Below are positions 39,605-49,703 of a stretch of 64,000 nt of DNA, piece by piece. Position numbers and translations under genes: made by a program. Numbering within the stretch: the stretch's first letter is position 1; every line of letters starts with the position of its first letter. The notes under the pieces were generated by a model, which did no database searches, was not told the origin of the DNA, and saw nothing but the letters and a program-made list of their open reading frames with translations. The DNA comes from Armatimonadota bacterium (GTDB lineage: Bacteria; Armatimonadota; SYMT01), in the NCBI GenBank assembly GCA_041690135.1, contig JAWLHY010000001.1:1248001-1312000 (forward strand), given 5' to 3'.

Positions 39605-40816
39605 ATGCGTAAGAGAACGATCAAAGCACCACCGGATCTCCGTGCCCCCGACGCACTGGAGAGGGTCCGGCAGTTCCTCCAGGGCGAGCCTGACCGGGAA
39701 GCCCTCGGTGAGGCGCTCCAGGCCGCCGCCGAAGCGGGACACCTGGAGACGGTGCGCCTCCTGCTCCGGGCGGGTGCTACGCCGCGGGGCGTGACGGAGC
39801 TCTCTCCGCTGGGCGCCGCTGCGGCCGGCGGTCACACGGAAGTTGCCGCGGCCTTGCTGGAGGCGGGGGCCCCGGTCGATATCGGTTTCGGGGAACAGGC
39901 ACTGACCCCGCTGATGCTTGCGGCCGGGCATGGGCACCTGCTCCTCGTGCGGCTCCTCATTGCCGCCGGAGCGGTCGTCGATGCCGTGGACGTCCGGGGC
40001 CGAACCGCATTGGCACATGCCAGCAACGGCCACTACGCGGAAATCGTGGAGTACCTCCAGCCTCTCACCGCCCCGGAGAACCGTCGCCTGCCGCGCCCCA
40101 AAGTGGACGATGCCCGCACCCGCCAGTTCCTCCTGGCTGCGGAAGCGGGGCGGCTGGGCGAGATACGGAAGCTCCTGGCGACCGGGATCGCCGTGGACGT
40201 GATGATGGACACTCCCCTCGCGGGCGCTACCGCGCTGATCCGGGCCGCCCGAGCCGGCCGGGAGCGGGTAGTGCAGGTCCTGCTGGAAGGCGGAGCTACC
40301 GTCGATGTGGCGCACGAGGAGAACGAATGGACCCCGCTGATCGCGGCCACCCAGGCGAAGGGCAACCTGCCGGTCCTGCGTCTCTTGCTTGCGTCCGGAG
40401 CGCAGGTGGATGCGCGAGACGCGGAAGGACACACTCCCCTGATCCACGCCGCCGCGCACAAGCATTTGGAGCAGGTCGAGGCGCTCCTGACGGCCGGGGC
40501 CGACGTGAACGCCCGGAGTAGCGGCGGAATGACGGCCCTCATGCACGCCGCCCGCACCGACCGTTGGGCCGGCACCCCGGCCGCCCTGGCGACCACCCTT
40601 CGAGTACTCCTGGCGGCTGGGGCCGAGGTGGAGGCTCAGGATGCCCGGGGCCGGACCGCCCTGATGCACTCTGTAGAAACCGGAGACCGTCCCGACGTGG
40701 TGGTGCTCTTGCTGGAAGCCGGCGCCGAGCGCAGCATGCAGGAAGAGCAGGGACTGACGGCCGCGGATCTGGCCCGGAAGTACCACCGCCCGAAAGCGCT
40801 GGCGCTTTTAGTGTAG
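39605..40816 (+). CDS. Ankyrin repeat protein
   Basis: Many G.TPL..AA..G....V..LL..GA.V motifs. Confidence 0.95.
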   Translation: MRKRTIKAPPDLRAPDALERVRQFLQGEPDREALGEALQAAAEAGHLETVRLLLRAGATPRGVTELSPLGAAAAGGHTEVAAALLEAGAPVDIGFGEQALTPLMLAAGHGHLLLVRLLIAAGAVVDAVDVRGRTALAHASNGHYAEIVEYLQPLTAPENRRLPRPKVDDARTRQFLLAAEAGRLGEIRKLLATGIAVDVMMDTPLAGATALIRAARAGRERVVQVLLEGGATVDVAHEENEWTPLIAATQAKGNLPVLRLLLASGAQVDARDAEGHTPLIHAAAHKHLEQVEALLTAGADVNARSSGGMTALMHAARTDRWAGTPAALATTLRVLLAAGAEVEAQDARGRTALMHSVETGDRPDVVVLLLEAGAERSMQEEQGLTAADLARKYHRPKALALLV

Positions 40817-40839
40817 AGCCGGCGAGGGACTGACAAACC

Positions 40840-41205
40840 ATGGAGTTGATCGAAGCAGTGCAAGCGGGTGATACCACCCGCGCTGGCGAACTCCTGGAAC
40901 TCGGGGTCGACACGGATGACGCAAGCCGAGCGCTCCCGCTCGCAGTGAGCCGGGGACATTTGCCGATCGTAGGTGAGTTGCTCCAGGCCGGCGCCGACCC
41001 CGAGCTGCCCTCGAATGAGGGGATACTCGCCATCGCGGCGGCAGGAACTCTTCAGGCTCAACTGGTGCTGGACTATAGCACCCCCGGCGAGCCGCGGGTA
41101 CTGCGCGCGACGCACGAAGAAGAGGGAGAATTGGTGGCAATCGACGGGGTCGAGTCGTTCGATGACCTGCTGCAGGTGATGCGGAAGCCACTCCGCCGGA
41201 GATGA
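40840..41205 (+). CDS. Short ankyrin repeat protein
   Basis: LIEAVQAGD...ALPLAVSRGHLPIVGELLQAGADP. Confidence 0.8.
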   Translation: MELIEAVQAGDTTRAGELLELGVDTDDASRALPLAVSRGHLPIVGELLQAGADPELPSNEGILAIAAAGTLQAQLVLDYSTPGEPRVLRATHEEEGELVAIDGVESFDDLLQVMRKPLRRR

Positions 41206-41244
41206 ACTCCGCATGTTCGTCTGGTATCATCCTCCTGCAAGCCG

Positions 41245-42066
41245 ATGAATCGACGAAACCTCACGCAAGCGCTGATCGCCGCCGGTGCGTTGTGGCTTTC
41301 GTGCTGCAGTCACGGCCCGAAGGAGGAACGAATGGCGGTTGGAGACAAACCCGCGCCCAGACCGGTTCCGGAGGCCGAAGTGAACGGATGCGTCCTTGAC
41401 CCGGCCCGTTTGGGTCCGCTGAAAGACTGCATGCAAAGCTGTGGCCCCGATGAACCGCGAGACGAATGGAACCATAGCTGCCTCCATCCCCGTACGGTCG
41501 CCTACTCCTGCGGCCGGGTCGTCGTTCCCGGCGCCCCCAACCCGCACGACCACCCCGAGGGGGAGCAGGAACTGTGCCGGCGCCTCGCGGAGGCCGCGGC
41601 TCCACTGACCGACGGTTTCTGGGCGCTCGGATCGGAGTCGACGACTCCCTTTGTGCCGTTCTTCCTCACCGCCAACTCCAGAGAGATGGCCCAGGAGGCA
41701 CCGACTGCTGAAGATATCCGGCGACTGTTCGGCGGGAGCATCTACCCCGCGGCCAAGATTACCCTGGAGCCACTGGCGGAGGAGGGAAGTTGGTGGCAAT
41801 TCGTGCTCGATATGAAAGCCGGCGGCCCCCCGGGCTCCTACCAGCCCGGCAAGGATCCCACGGTCGACGCCGATATCGACCGGTGGCGGAACATGGTCCG
41901 ATGGTTCCGCTCCCGCCAGGAGTTTCGCGGCGCCTACTACATTGAGATCGGCGGTTATCCCCTGGACGAGGAGCTCAATCAGGCCAGCCTCTTCCCCTGC
42001 CTCATCGTCGGGGTCACGGAGCGGGGCAGTCTCGCCGGCGTCTGTTCCTACGCAGTTCAGACTTGA
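41245..42066 (+). CDS. Exported (Tat/lipoprotein-type) protein with a NuiA-like domain
   Basis: MNRRNL...LWLSCC leader; GSESTTPFVPF and C-terminal LIVGVTERGSLAGVCSYAVQT. Confidence 0.6.
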   Translation: MNRRNLTQALIAAGALWLSCCSHGPKEERMAVGDKPAPRPVPEAEVNGCVLDPARLGPLKDCMQSCGPDEPRDEWNHSCLHPRTVAYSCGRVVVPGAPNPHDHPEGEQELCRRLAEAAAPLTDGFWALGSESTTPFVPFFLTANSREMAQEAPTAEDIRRLFGGSIYPAAKITLEPLAEEGSWWQFVLDMKAGGPPGSYQPGKDPTVDADIDRWRNMVRWFRSRQEFRGAYYIEIGGYPLDEELNQASLFPCLIVGVTERGSLAGVCSYAVQT

Positions 42067-42153
42067 GAAGTCGGGCGAGCCGGGAGTGAGTCGTGATGAC
42101 TGCGAAGCGCCCCGCCAGTCCAAAGGAAAGCCGGTGTAAACCTCGACCTGCCG

Positions 42154-42250
42154 TTGCGAGAGATCCCGCGTTCGCTGCTTGTGCTGACCGCATTCAGGGA
42201 CCTCCACGGTGTCGTACGGCTGCTTCTCCAGACGGGAGCGGACGAGAACT
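42154..42250 (+). pseudogene. Ankyrin repeat remnant
   Basis: SLLVLTAFRDLHGVVRLLLQTGADEN, with no convincing gene around it. Confidence 0.4.
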
Positions 42251-42350
42251 CGCAGCACGGTGATGGTGTGAGTTCTCGAATGCTGCCGTGTGAGGGCATG
42301 CCGAAGTTATGCGTGACTTGCATCGGGGGGAACCGGAGCCATCTTGCGTA

Positions 42351-42920
42351 TCATGCGCCGAAGTGTGGGCGATTGAGGTACGGTCGTGAAACCTCGCAAA
42401 TCGCACCATCTCCGCAATAAACAATATCGAACTGGACGTAGAGACCATCACGGTGACACGCCACCACTCGGCCCGGATTATGGGGTCCTCCGCGGATGTC
42501 GAATCGGTCCCAGACTGTCTGGATCGAAGTCTCCTGCCGAATGGAAGCACAGTCTTCGATGAGTGACAGAAGCCAATTCTGATGGTTGGTTTGGGGATCG
42601 CAGCCCACGCCGAACAGGGTTAGCGTAGGCCGGCCCAACCGCCACACCCTGTCCCGTCCATCTGGGACGTTAAGCAATCGGTCGTGTCCGTCATAGCGGG
42701 GGCCGTCGAATGGCACCAGTTCCACGGCCAACTCCACGAGGTCGCATTCGCGATGAACGTAGCGGCCGTGGCGGAAGGCGTCGCCGCTCTGGAAGAACCG
42801 CTGCTCCAATTGACCCCGCGACATGCCTTCGGAGAGCGCTGCCCAGTCCTCAAAAATGCCCGCAAGCCACTGCTTTTCATCTCGGAACGGATCGTCCGCG
42901 GCGAGCCCGTGCCAACTCAT
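42351..42920 (-). CDS. Hypothetical protein with a tandem duplicated domain
   Basis: GAAGGA RBS; two copies of WL...(F/I)ED...RF...G...HR...RP.L. Confidence 0.7.
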   Translation of the reverse strand: MSWHGLAADDPFRDEKQWLAGIFEDWAALSEGMSRGQLEQRFFQSGDAFRHGRYVHRECDLVELAVELVPFDGPRYDGHDRLLNVPDGRDRVWRLGRPTLTLFGVGCDPQTNHQNWLLSLIEDCASIRQETSIQTVWDRFDIRGGPHNPGRVVACHRDGLYVQFDIVYCGDGAICEVSRPYLNRPHFGA

Positions 42921-42959
42921 GGGTTCTTCCTTCACAGCTCCGTTACACACGGAAAATGA

Positions 42960-42996
42960 AAGGCAGCGGCTCTCTCTTGGAGGGAACCGCTGCCTT
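42960..42996 (-). terminator. Terminator of the Bax inhibitor gene
   Basis: aaggcagcgg/ccgctgcctt stem with a T-rich tail on the minus strand. Confidence 0.7.
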
Positions 42997-43063
42997 AACC
43001 TTCACCTAGGGTCACTGGTATCGGCTTACGCCGCCGCCAGTTCCCCCGTTCTGCCGAAATTGC

Positions 43064-43774
43064 TTAACGACGCTGGAGGGCCATCAACAACCGCAGCACG
43101 TACCAGAACAGCAGGGCCACCGCGGCGAACAGTTCCAGGGCCGCCGCCACGTACTGGTCGGTCTCGTACTCATGGAGGACCTTGGAGGTGCTGTAGAGGA
43201 TCGTGCCGCAAGCGAACAGGATCATCGCGGCGCTGAACCAGATGCCCAGGTTGAAGCCGAAGATGGCGCCGCAGATGATCGCTCCCAGCGCCACGATGCC
43301 GCCGACCATCAGCGCTGTACGCAGGAAGGAGAAGTCCTTCTTGGTCATCAGCGTGTAGAACGACAGCCCGCCGAAGGTCAGAATAGTGATACCGGCGGCC
43401 GAAGGCAGTGCTCCGGGAGCCATCACCGCGGCGAGGAAGATCATCGGGGAGAAGATGATCGCCTCGGCCAGAGTGTAGACCGCGAGCCCGCCGTACTGCA
43501 TGGGAAGGCTGCGCGCGGACTGCGCCATCGAGGAGCCCATCCAGCCGGCCAGGGCGAATCCGCCCAGGATCAGCAGCCAGCCGAAGCGGTTGCCGGCGAC
43601 CAGGCTCAGGATCAGGGCGCCGAGACCCACCTGGTAGAACAGGAACGAAAGGGCGACGAAGCCGATGACCGCACCCGTCAGGTGCAGGTAGGTTTTGCGG
43701 ATGAACGCCAGGCGCTCATCCAGGGGAGCGGATATGACCCCGGAATACCCGGGGAACCGATCGGTCATGCTCAT
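43064..43774 (-). CDS. Bax inhibitor-1/YccA family membrane protein
   Basis: RLAFIRKTYLHL, about 7 TM helices, KKDFSFL, YVAAALELF. Confidence 0.92.
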   Translation of the reverse strand: MSMTDRFPGYSGVISAPLDERLAFIRKTYLHLTGAVIGFVALSFLFYQVGLGALILSLVAGNRFGWLLILGGFALAGWMGSSMAQSARSLPMQYGGLAVYTLAEAIIFSPMIFLAAVMAPGALPSAAGITILTFGGLSFYTLMTKKDFSFLRTALMVGGIVALGAIICGAIFGFNLGIWFSAAMILFACGTILYSTSKVLHEYETDQYVAAALELFAAVALLFWYVLRLLMALQRR

Positions 43775-44187
43775 GGAAGCAGTTCTCCTGATGCCGGCAG
43801 AATTGGATCCGGCACTGGCACCAATTCGAATCTAACAAACTCTTGGGAATCCGCCAACCAGACCACCCTCTTGTGCCCTTCCAACGCAACACCTTGCGAC
43901 CGCCGTCCGGCACTCAATGGGATGGCGGCAGGTACCTGTAGAGGAGCGGTCGGCCCTGCACATCGTGCAGGAAGCCAGCTCTGAAGGATAGTTCACCCTC
44001 TGCGGGCCGGAATCCTTCGCCACTGGAGGAAAGGGTTGGAAGTTGGGGATACCGGCAACCGGAAGGGTTTCGTCGCCGCATCGGGCGGGTACTCCCGCTG
44101 TGCGATGCCCGTGTGAAGCTGCACGGCTTCCGGATGCCGCGCGCGACGATGTCGCCGCACGCACAGTACCTCAAAGGAGAAAAGACG

Positions 44188-44379
44188 ATGGCCGATCAAA
44201 CGAGCAACCGGAAAGACCACAAAGAGTCGATCGAAGAGGCGCAGCGCTCCACCTTGCAGCCGGAGTCCGGCAAAAAGGGCGGCGAGATCCCCAGCCAGGG
44301 TCACGGTCCGGCGACCCAGAAGAACCCAGAACACCGTGGGCACGGCGGGAAGGACAAGGACAAGCAGAAGTCGGACTGA
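44188..44379 (+). CDS. Small hydrophilic protein (KGG stress-motif-like)
   Basis: AAAGGAG RBS; GKKGGE motif; highly charged. Confidence 0.6.
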   Translation: MADQTSNRKDHKESIEEAQRSTLQPESGKKGGEIPSQGHGPATQKNPEHRGHGGKDKDKQKSD

Positions 44380-44389
44380 GAGGGCATCT

Positions 44390-44773
44390 GTGGGTGTGTC
44401 ACTGTTCGATCGGCAGACGGACGAAATCGTCTTCGACATCAACTTTTGGCATTGGCGCGCCATCGTCGAGGCAGTTCGGTCCCTCGAAGTTCTGCCGGAT
44501 GAGCGAGTGGATGCCCTTCACGAACTGTGGCAAGACACAGGCCTGACGGCGGAAGAGGCGCGCCGGGTCGCATTTGCGATCCGGGAGCGCCTCCTGCCGA
44601 CCTTGCATCCGGAAGAACGCCTGCTGCTCGACGGTACACGGACCACTGCACCGGACGACGGCATCTTTTACACGGTGCCCGCCGAGCGGCATCGCAACTA
44701 CAGCACCACTCCGGACGTCCTCGAACGGTTCGCCATGTGCTGTGAGACCTGCGGTGGTTTCCGCGTCTGTTGA
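44390..44773 (+). CDS. Hypothetical protein
   Basis: GAGAGG RBS; INFWHWRAIVE...NYS...FAMCCETCGGF looks protein-like. Confidence 0.65.
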   Translation: MGVSLFDRQTDEIVFDINFWHWRAIVEAVRSLEVLPDERVDALHELWQDTGLTAEEARRVAFAIRERLLPTLHPEERLLLDGTRTTAPDDGIFYTVPAERHRNYSTTPDVLERFAMCCETCGGFRVC

Positions 44774-44796
44774 GCGGTCCTTTCCCTGCAAGTCCC

Positions 44797-47289
44797 TCAC
44801 ATGGCGCGGACCCGCCGCGGTGACGGATTGACCCGCCAGCGGACGTGGCTCAAGAGCTCCGCGGCGCCCCAGGTCGCCAGCACGGATACCGCCACTGCAA
44901 TCGTCCCCGTGAGCCCCATGGGCGTGAGCCCCAACATCTGCCGGAGTGGGGGAAGCAGCACGGTAAGCACCTGCAACCCGATGCTCAGGATGATGATTCC
45001 ATTCAGCACCCCATTCCGTTCGGGCGGGACGTTGACCCGGCGCGCCGGGTAGACGAACACGAGTTGCGCGATCGACTCGTAGAGGAAGACTACGGTGATC
45101 GTTGTTGCGATGCTCAACCCGAACTGTGGCATCAGGGCGAGGAGCGCCAGGCCGACTGCCGCTTTCACGACGCCGGTGGACACCACGAACCGCAGGGAAG
45201 GCGTGTCGAGGAGCGGGGCCGCGGGATCGCGGGGCGGCTGGCGCATCACTTCGCGGTTATGGTCCAGGGCCAGCGCGAGGGCCGGCGGTCCGTCCGCCAC
45301 GATGTTGATCCAGAGGAGCTGCACCGCGGTCAGCGGCAACAGCAGCGCCCCGGCATCATCGCGCGCATTCAACAGCACCGCCGTGAAGGCGGCGATCATC
45401 ACCAGCAGAACCAGCGCCAGGTTGGTCGAGAAGAGGAACCGGATGAATTTCTGGATGTTCTCATAGATGCTTCGCCCTTCTTCCACCGCGGTGACGATTG
45501 TCGCGAAGTTATCGTCCTGAAGCACCAGGTCGGCCACTTCTCGGGTCACGTCACTGCCGCGTTGCCCCATCGCCACCCCGACATCCGAGCGCTTCAGGGC
45601 GGGGGCATCGTTCACCCCGTCGCCGGTCATCGCGACGATCTCCCCATCCGCCTGGAGCGCCTCCACCAGCCGCAGCTTGTCTTCCGGCGCGACGCGGGCG
45701 AAGACGTTGATCTCCCGGGCAACCTGCCGGAGCGCCTCCGGGGTGAGCGACTGGAGTTCGTGGCCGGTGATGGCCCGAGCTGACTGGATACCGATCTCGC
45801 GCGCCACCACCAGGGCGGTTGCCGGGTGGTCGCCCGTGATCATCAGCACGCGGATCCCGGCTTCCTGCGCCCGGCGGATCGCATCCGGTACCTCGGGGCG
45901 CGGCGGGTCCCACAGGGAAACCAGCCCGGCAAACTCCAGGTCCTGTTCCCCCTCCCCTTCTCGCCAGGCCAGCGCCAACATGCGGTAGCCCTCGCCGGCG
46001 TGCTCGGCCACCTTCCGCTCCCAGTCCTTCCGTTCGGCCGGCGTGAGGCGGCACCGGTTCAGGATGACCTCCGGCGCGCCTTTCACGTAACTCACCGGGC
46101 GGCCAGCTTCCTCCACCGTGACGCGCATGAATTTCCGGGCGCTATCGAACGGAACACTCGAGCGGCGGGGATACTCCTGTTGAAGGGTAAGCGGATCGGT
46201 CCCTTGCTCGCGGCTGTATTCCAAAAGCGACACCTCCAGCGGATCGCCTACCCCCGTACCCACTTCGGCGTCATTCGCCAGGACCATGGCGCGCAGGGCG
46301 CGTTCCGGATCGGGAGTGTCCAGGTCCCGCACTTGCATGCGGTTCTCGGTCAGGGTTCCCGTCTTGTCGGTGGCAATCACCGTCACCGATCCGAGGGCCT
46401 CTACGGCGACCATCCGCCGGACCAAGGCCTGGCGGCGCGACATGCGCTCGATCCCGAGCGCCAGCGTCAGGGTCAACACGGCCGGCAGGCCTTCCGGCAC
46501 GGCCGCGACGGCCAGAGCGACGGCGAAGAAGAGAACTCGATTGAACTGGTCCAGGCCTTCGAACAGCAGTCCGAGCGCCACCAGCACCACGGCCAGCGCC
46601 AGCACCCAGCGAGCGATCTGGTGACCGAAGGTCGTCAGGCGGCGCTCCAACGGTGTCTCGCCCGCCTCGATGCCGCCCAGCATCTGCGCCATGCGCCCCA
46701 GGGTGCTCTCCAGGCCGGTGCGCCGGATCTCGGCGATGCCCTTACCCCGCACCAGCAGGGTGCCGCTCAGAACTTCCTCGCCGGCCGGTTTCTCGACCGG
46801 CAGCGACTCTCCGGTAACCACGGCCTCATCCACCAGAACGCCGTCAGCTTCGTGAAGGAGCCCGTCTGCGGGGATGCGGTCGCCGGCCTCCAGCCGCACC
46901 AAGTCCCCCGGCACGAGTTCGCTGCTTGGAATGCGTGCCAGCGTGCCGTCGCGGTAGGTCCACACCTGCGGCGCGGAGAGATCCTGCAAACGGCTGAGAG
47001 CCGCCTCGGCCCGATACTCCTGGAATACTCCGAGCCCCGCGTTCAACAGAAGGATGAAGGCGATGGCAATCGACTCCACCGGTAACCCGTGAGCGCCTTC
47101 CTGGATCCAGGCGAACAGGTCGAACGCGAGGGCAAACAACAGGATATAGATGAGCGGGCTCTGGAACTGGCGCAGAAACCGCCGCCACATCGGTTCCGAC
47201 TGCTCCTCGGGAAGCGCGTTCGGTCCGTATCGCTCGCGCCTCGCCCGGGCTTCCTCGCTGCTCAACCCCTGCCGCATGATCCTCTCCAC
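44797..47289 (-). CDS. Cation-transporting P-type ATPase (type II, Ca2+-like)
   Basis: TGES, VPEGLP, DKTGT, KGAPE, TGD, GDGVNDAPALK and LLWINIVADG motifs. Confidence 0.96.
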   Translation of the reverse strand: MERIMRQGLSSEEARARRERYGPNALPEEQSEPMWRRFLRQFQSPLIYILLFALAFDLFAWIQEGAHGLPVESIAIAFILLLNAGLGVFQEYRAEAALSRLQDLSAPQVWTYRDGTLARIPSSELVPGDLVRLEAGDRIPADGLLHEADGVLVDEAVVTGESLPVEKPAGEEVLSGTLLVRGKGIAEIRRTGLESTLGRMAQMLGGIEAGETPLERRLTTFGHQIARWVLALAVVLVALGLLFEGLDQFNRVLFFAVALAVAAVPEGLPAVLTLTLALGIERMSRRQALVRRMVAVEALGSVTVIATDKTGTLTENRMQVRDLDTPDPERALRAMVLANDAEVGTGVGDPLEVSLLEYSREQGTDPLTLQQEYPRRSSVPFDSARKFMRVTVEEAGRPVSYVKGAPEVILNRCRLTPAERKDWERKVAEHAGEGYRMLALAWREGEGEQDLEFAGLVSLWDPPRPEVPDAIRRAQEAGIRVLMITGDHPATALVVAREIGIQSARAITGHELQSLTPEALRQVAREINVFARVAPEDKLRLVEALQADGEIVAMTGDGVNDAPALKRSDVGVAMGQRGSDVTREVADLVLQDDNFATIVTAVEEGRSIYENIQKFIRFLFSTNLALVLLVMIAAFTAVLLNARDDAGALLLPLTAVQLLWINIVADGPPALALALDHNREVMRQPPRDPAAPLLDTPSLRFVVSTGVVKAAVGLALLALMPQFGLSIATTITVVFLYESIAQLVFVYPARRVNVPPERNGVLNGIIILSIGLQVLTVLLPPLRQMLGLTPMGLTGTIAVAVSVLATWGAAELLSHVRWRVNPSPRRVRAM

Positions 47290-47637
47290 CCTTCCGGTCC
47301 ATCCCTCTCGGTGGTGACCCTCGCCGCCGGCGAGGCGGTACCCCGCAGTCTTTACCCACTCCCACCAGCGTGAAGCACTGAGAATGGGTCATGCGGAATG
47401 CCTGACCGACTACGGCCTCCAGCCACTAACAGAATGCCCGGTCTGTGCACCGGTGACGCGTCGCCATTGGCAGCGATGCAAATCGGATCTTGTGATCGGC
47501 TACAAAGCGGGGTTTGGGATGCCTTCCGAGGCAGATTTGGCGGATCTGGGTAAACGCCATACAGGAGCACTGGTGGGCGGCCGCCCTCTTCCTACACTGG
47601 GCGGTCCGGAAGTCCCCCGGTACCGGCGATTCAAGAT

Positions 47638-49302
47638 ATGACAGGATCCGTTTTCCATGACCTGGCGCTGCTGCTGTTATTGGCGGTCGGGGTGGGCGCC
47701 GCGGGCGTTCTCCTCCGACAACCGCTGATCATCTCCTTCATCGTGGTGGGGATCGCCGTCGGCCCCGCGGGGCTGGGCTGGACCAGCGCACAGCAAGAGA
47801 TCGAGCTCCTCGCCACCTTTGGGATCGCCCTGCTGCTCTTCGTGGTCGGCCTCAAGCTGGACCTGCACCTGATCCGCACCACGGGTCCTGTCGCCCTGGC
47901 CACCGGATTAGGACAGGTCGCGTTCACCAGCATCCTCGGCTATTTCCTGGCGCGGGCACTGAGCATGGCGCCCATCACCGCGCTTTACGTCGCTGTGGCC
48001 CTCACCTTCTCCAGTACGATCATCATCGTGAAGCTCCTCTCGGACAAGCGCGAGATCGACTCGCTCCACGGCCGTATCGCGATGGGGTTTCTCATCGTGC
48101 AGGACGTTCTGGTGGTGCTGGTGATGATCCTGCTCTCGGCCGTCGGCGCCGGAAGCGAAGCTACAAGCACGGGACGCGCCATTCTGCTGATGGCGGTGAA
48201 GGGTGGCGTATTCCTGGCAGCTATCGCCTTGCTGATGCGGTTTGTGCTTCCGCGACTGTTGCACCGGCTGGCTTATTCGCAGGAGTTGCTCATTCTGTCG
48301 GCCGTCGCCTGGGCTATAGCTCTGGCGGCGGCTGGGGATTTGCTCGGCTTCAGCAAGGAAGTCGGCGCCTTTCTCGCGGGGGTGTCCCTCGCTTCGACCG
48401 GTTACCGGGAGATCATCGGGGCCCGGCTCCAGGGTCTGCGGGACTTTCTGCTCCTCTTCTTTTTTGTCCACCTGGGGGCGCAGATGGAGTTGCGCCACCT
48501 GGGCGCGCAGTGGGTCCCCGCTCTCGTCCTCTCCGCTTTCGTGCTGATCGGCAACCCACTGATCGTGCTGGCGATCATGGGGTACATGGGCTACCGCCGG
48601 CGCACGAGCTTCCTGGCGGGCCTAACGGTGGCCCAGATCAGCGAGTTCTCCTTGATCCTGGTAGCCCTCGGGATGAACCTGGGCCATGTGGGGATGGAGA
48701 CCACGGGGCTGGTGACGGTGGTGGGTCTGATCACCATCGGCTTGTCTACCTACATGATCCTCTACTCGCATCTCCTCTACGACTGGCTAGCCCCGTGGCT
48801 GCGAGTCTTCGAGCGGCATGTTCCCCATCGGGAAGAGGACGCGGGAGCGGTGGCGGTGGAGGAGCCGGTGGAGGTGATTCTCTTCGGATTGGGCCGGTAC
48901 GGATGCCGGATCGGAATGGGACTGGTGCGCAACGGACTGAAAGTCCTGGGTGTCGACTTCGATCCGGAGGCGGTGCGCAATTGGCAGGAACTCGAACTCC
49001 TGGCGCAGTATGGGGACGCGGAAGACCCGGAGTTTGCGGCCCATCTACCGCTGGCTCATGCCCGGATGGTGGTGTGTGCCGCGCCGCGCCTGGATACGAA
49101 CCTCACGCTGCTCCGGGGTCTGCAGCATCATGGCTACCGGGGACTGGTAGTGCTCACCGCCCATACCTCCGCGGATGCGGAAGTGCTGAAGGGAGCCGGT
49201 GCCGACCTGGTGCTCCTTCCGTTCGCGGACGCGGCGGATCAGGCGGTGGATATCCTGGCCGCCCCCGCGGACCTCGCCCGCCAGTGGCAACGCGCGGCGT
49301 GA
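47638..49302 (+). CDS. CPA2 cation:proton antiporter with TrkA-N domain (KefB/C-like)
   Basis: LLLFVVGL, SSTIIIVK, QD and QISEF motifs; GLGRYG...YGDA. Confidence 0.93.
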   Translation: MTGSVFHDLALLLLLAVGVGAAGVLLRQPLIISFIVVGIAVGPAGLGWTSAQQEIELLATFGIALLLFVVGLKLDLHLIRTTGPVALATGLGQVAFTSILGYFLARALSMAPITALYVAVALTFSSTIIIVKLLSDKREIDSLHGRIAMGFLIVQDVLVVLVMILLSAVGAGSEATSTGRAILLMAVKGGVFLAAIALLMRFVLPRLLHRLAYSQELLILSAVAWAIALAAAGDLLGFSKEVGAFLAGVSLASTGYREIIGARLQGLRDFLLLFFFVHLGAQMELRHLGAQWVPALVLSAFVLIGNPLIVLAIMGYMGYRRRTSFLAGLTVAQISEFSLILVALGMNLGHVGMETTGLVTVVGLITIGLSTYMILYSHLLYDWLAPWLRVFERHVPHREEDAGAVAVEEPVEVILFGLGRYGCRIGMGLVRNGLKVLGVDFDPEAVRNWQELELLAQYGDAEDPEFAAHLPLAHARMVVCAAPRLDTNLTLLRGLQHHGYRGLVVLTAHTSADAEVLKGAGADLVLLPFADAADQAVDILAAPADLARQWQRAA

Positions 49303-49331
49303 TTATAGAGACAGTGGGTGCCGCAATCGGG

Positions 49332-49703
49332 TCAGCGGCACTCCACGCACAGTCCCGTTAACTCGGTGTGGTAACCGGTCACCTGGAAGCCGCTTGTTTC
49401 CACCGCCGCCTGCACCACCTCCTGCGGCAGCGACACCAGTACGTCCACCAGTTTTCCGCACCGGTGGCACACTGCATGGTCGTGCCGGTCGGTGCGCCGA
49501 TCGTACTGCGTGACTTCCCCGACTCGGATCTCCTGCAGGTGACCGTCCTCCGCCAGGGCGCTGAGGTTGCGGTAGACCGTCGCATACCCGATCCCAGGAA
49601 GCACCTGGCGTACGCGCTCATAGACCTGCGCCGCCGTCGGGTGATCGCCGGATCGTTCCACGATCTCGAGGATCGCCTGACGCTGTTTCGTCTGTCGCAT
49701 CAT
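49332..49703 (-). CDS. Fur family regulator (PerR-like)
   Basis: TKQRQAIL, HPTA, ATVYRNL, HDHAVCHRCG and CVEC motifs. Confidence 0.93.
   Translation of the reverse strand: MMRQTKQRQAILEIVERSGDHPTAAQVYERVRQVLPGIGYATVYRNLSALAEDGHLQEIRVGEVTQYDRRTDRHDHAVCHRCGKLVDVLVSLPQEVVQAAVETSGFQVTGYHTELTGLCVECR

Noticed and set aside
47384-47641. Small CxxC ORF or universal-stress-protein remnant
   Set aside because: Weak RBS and only a faint SDLVIG resemblance; may simply be the divergent promoter region.
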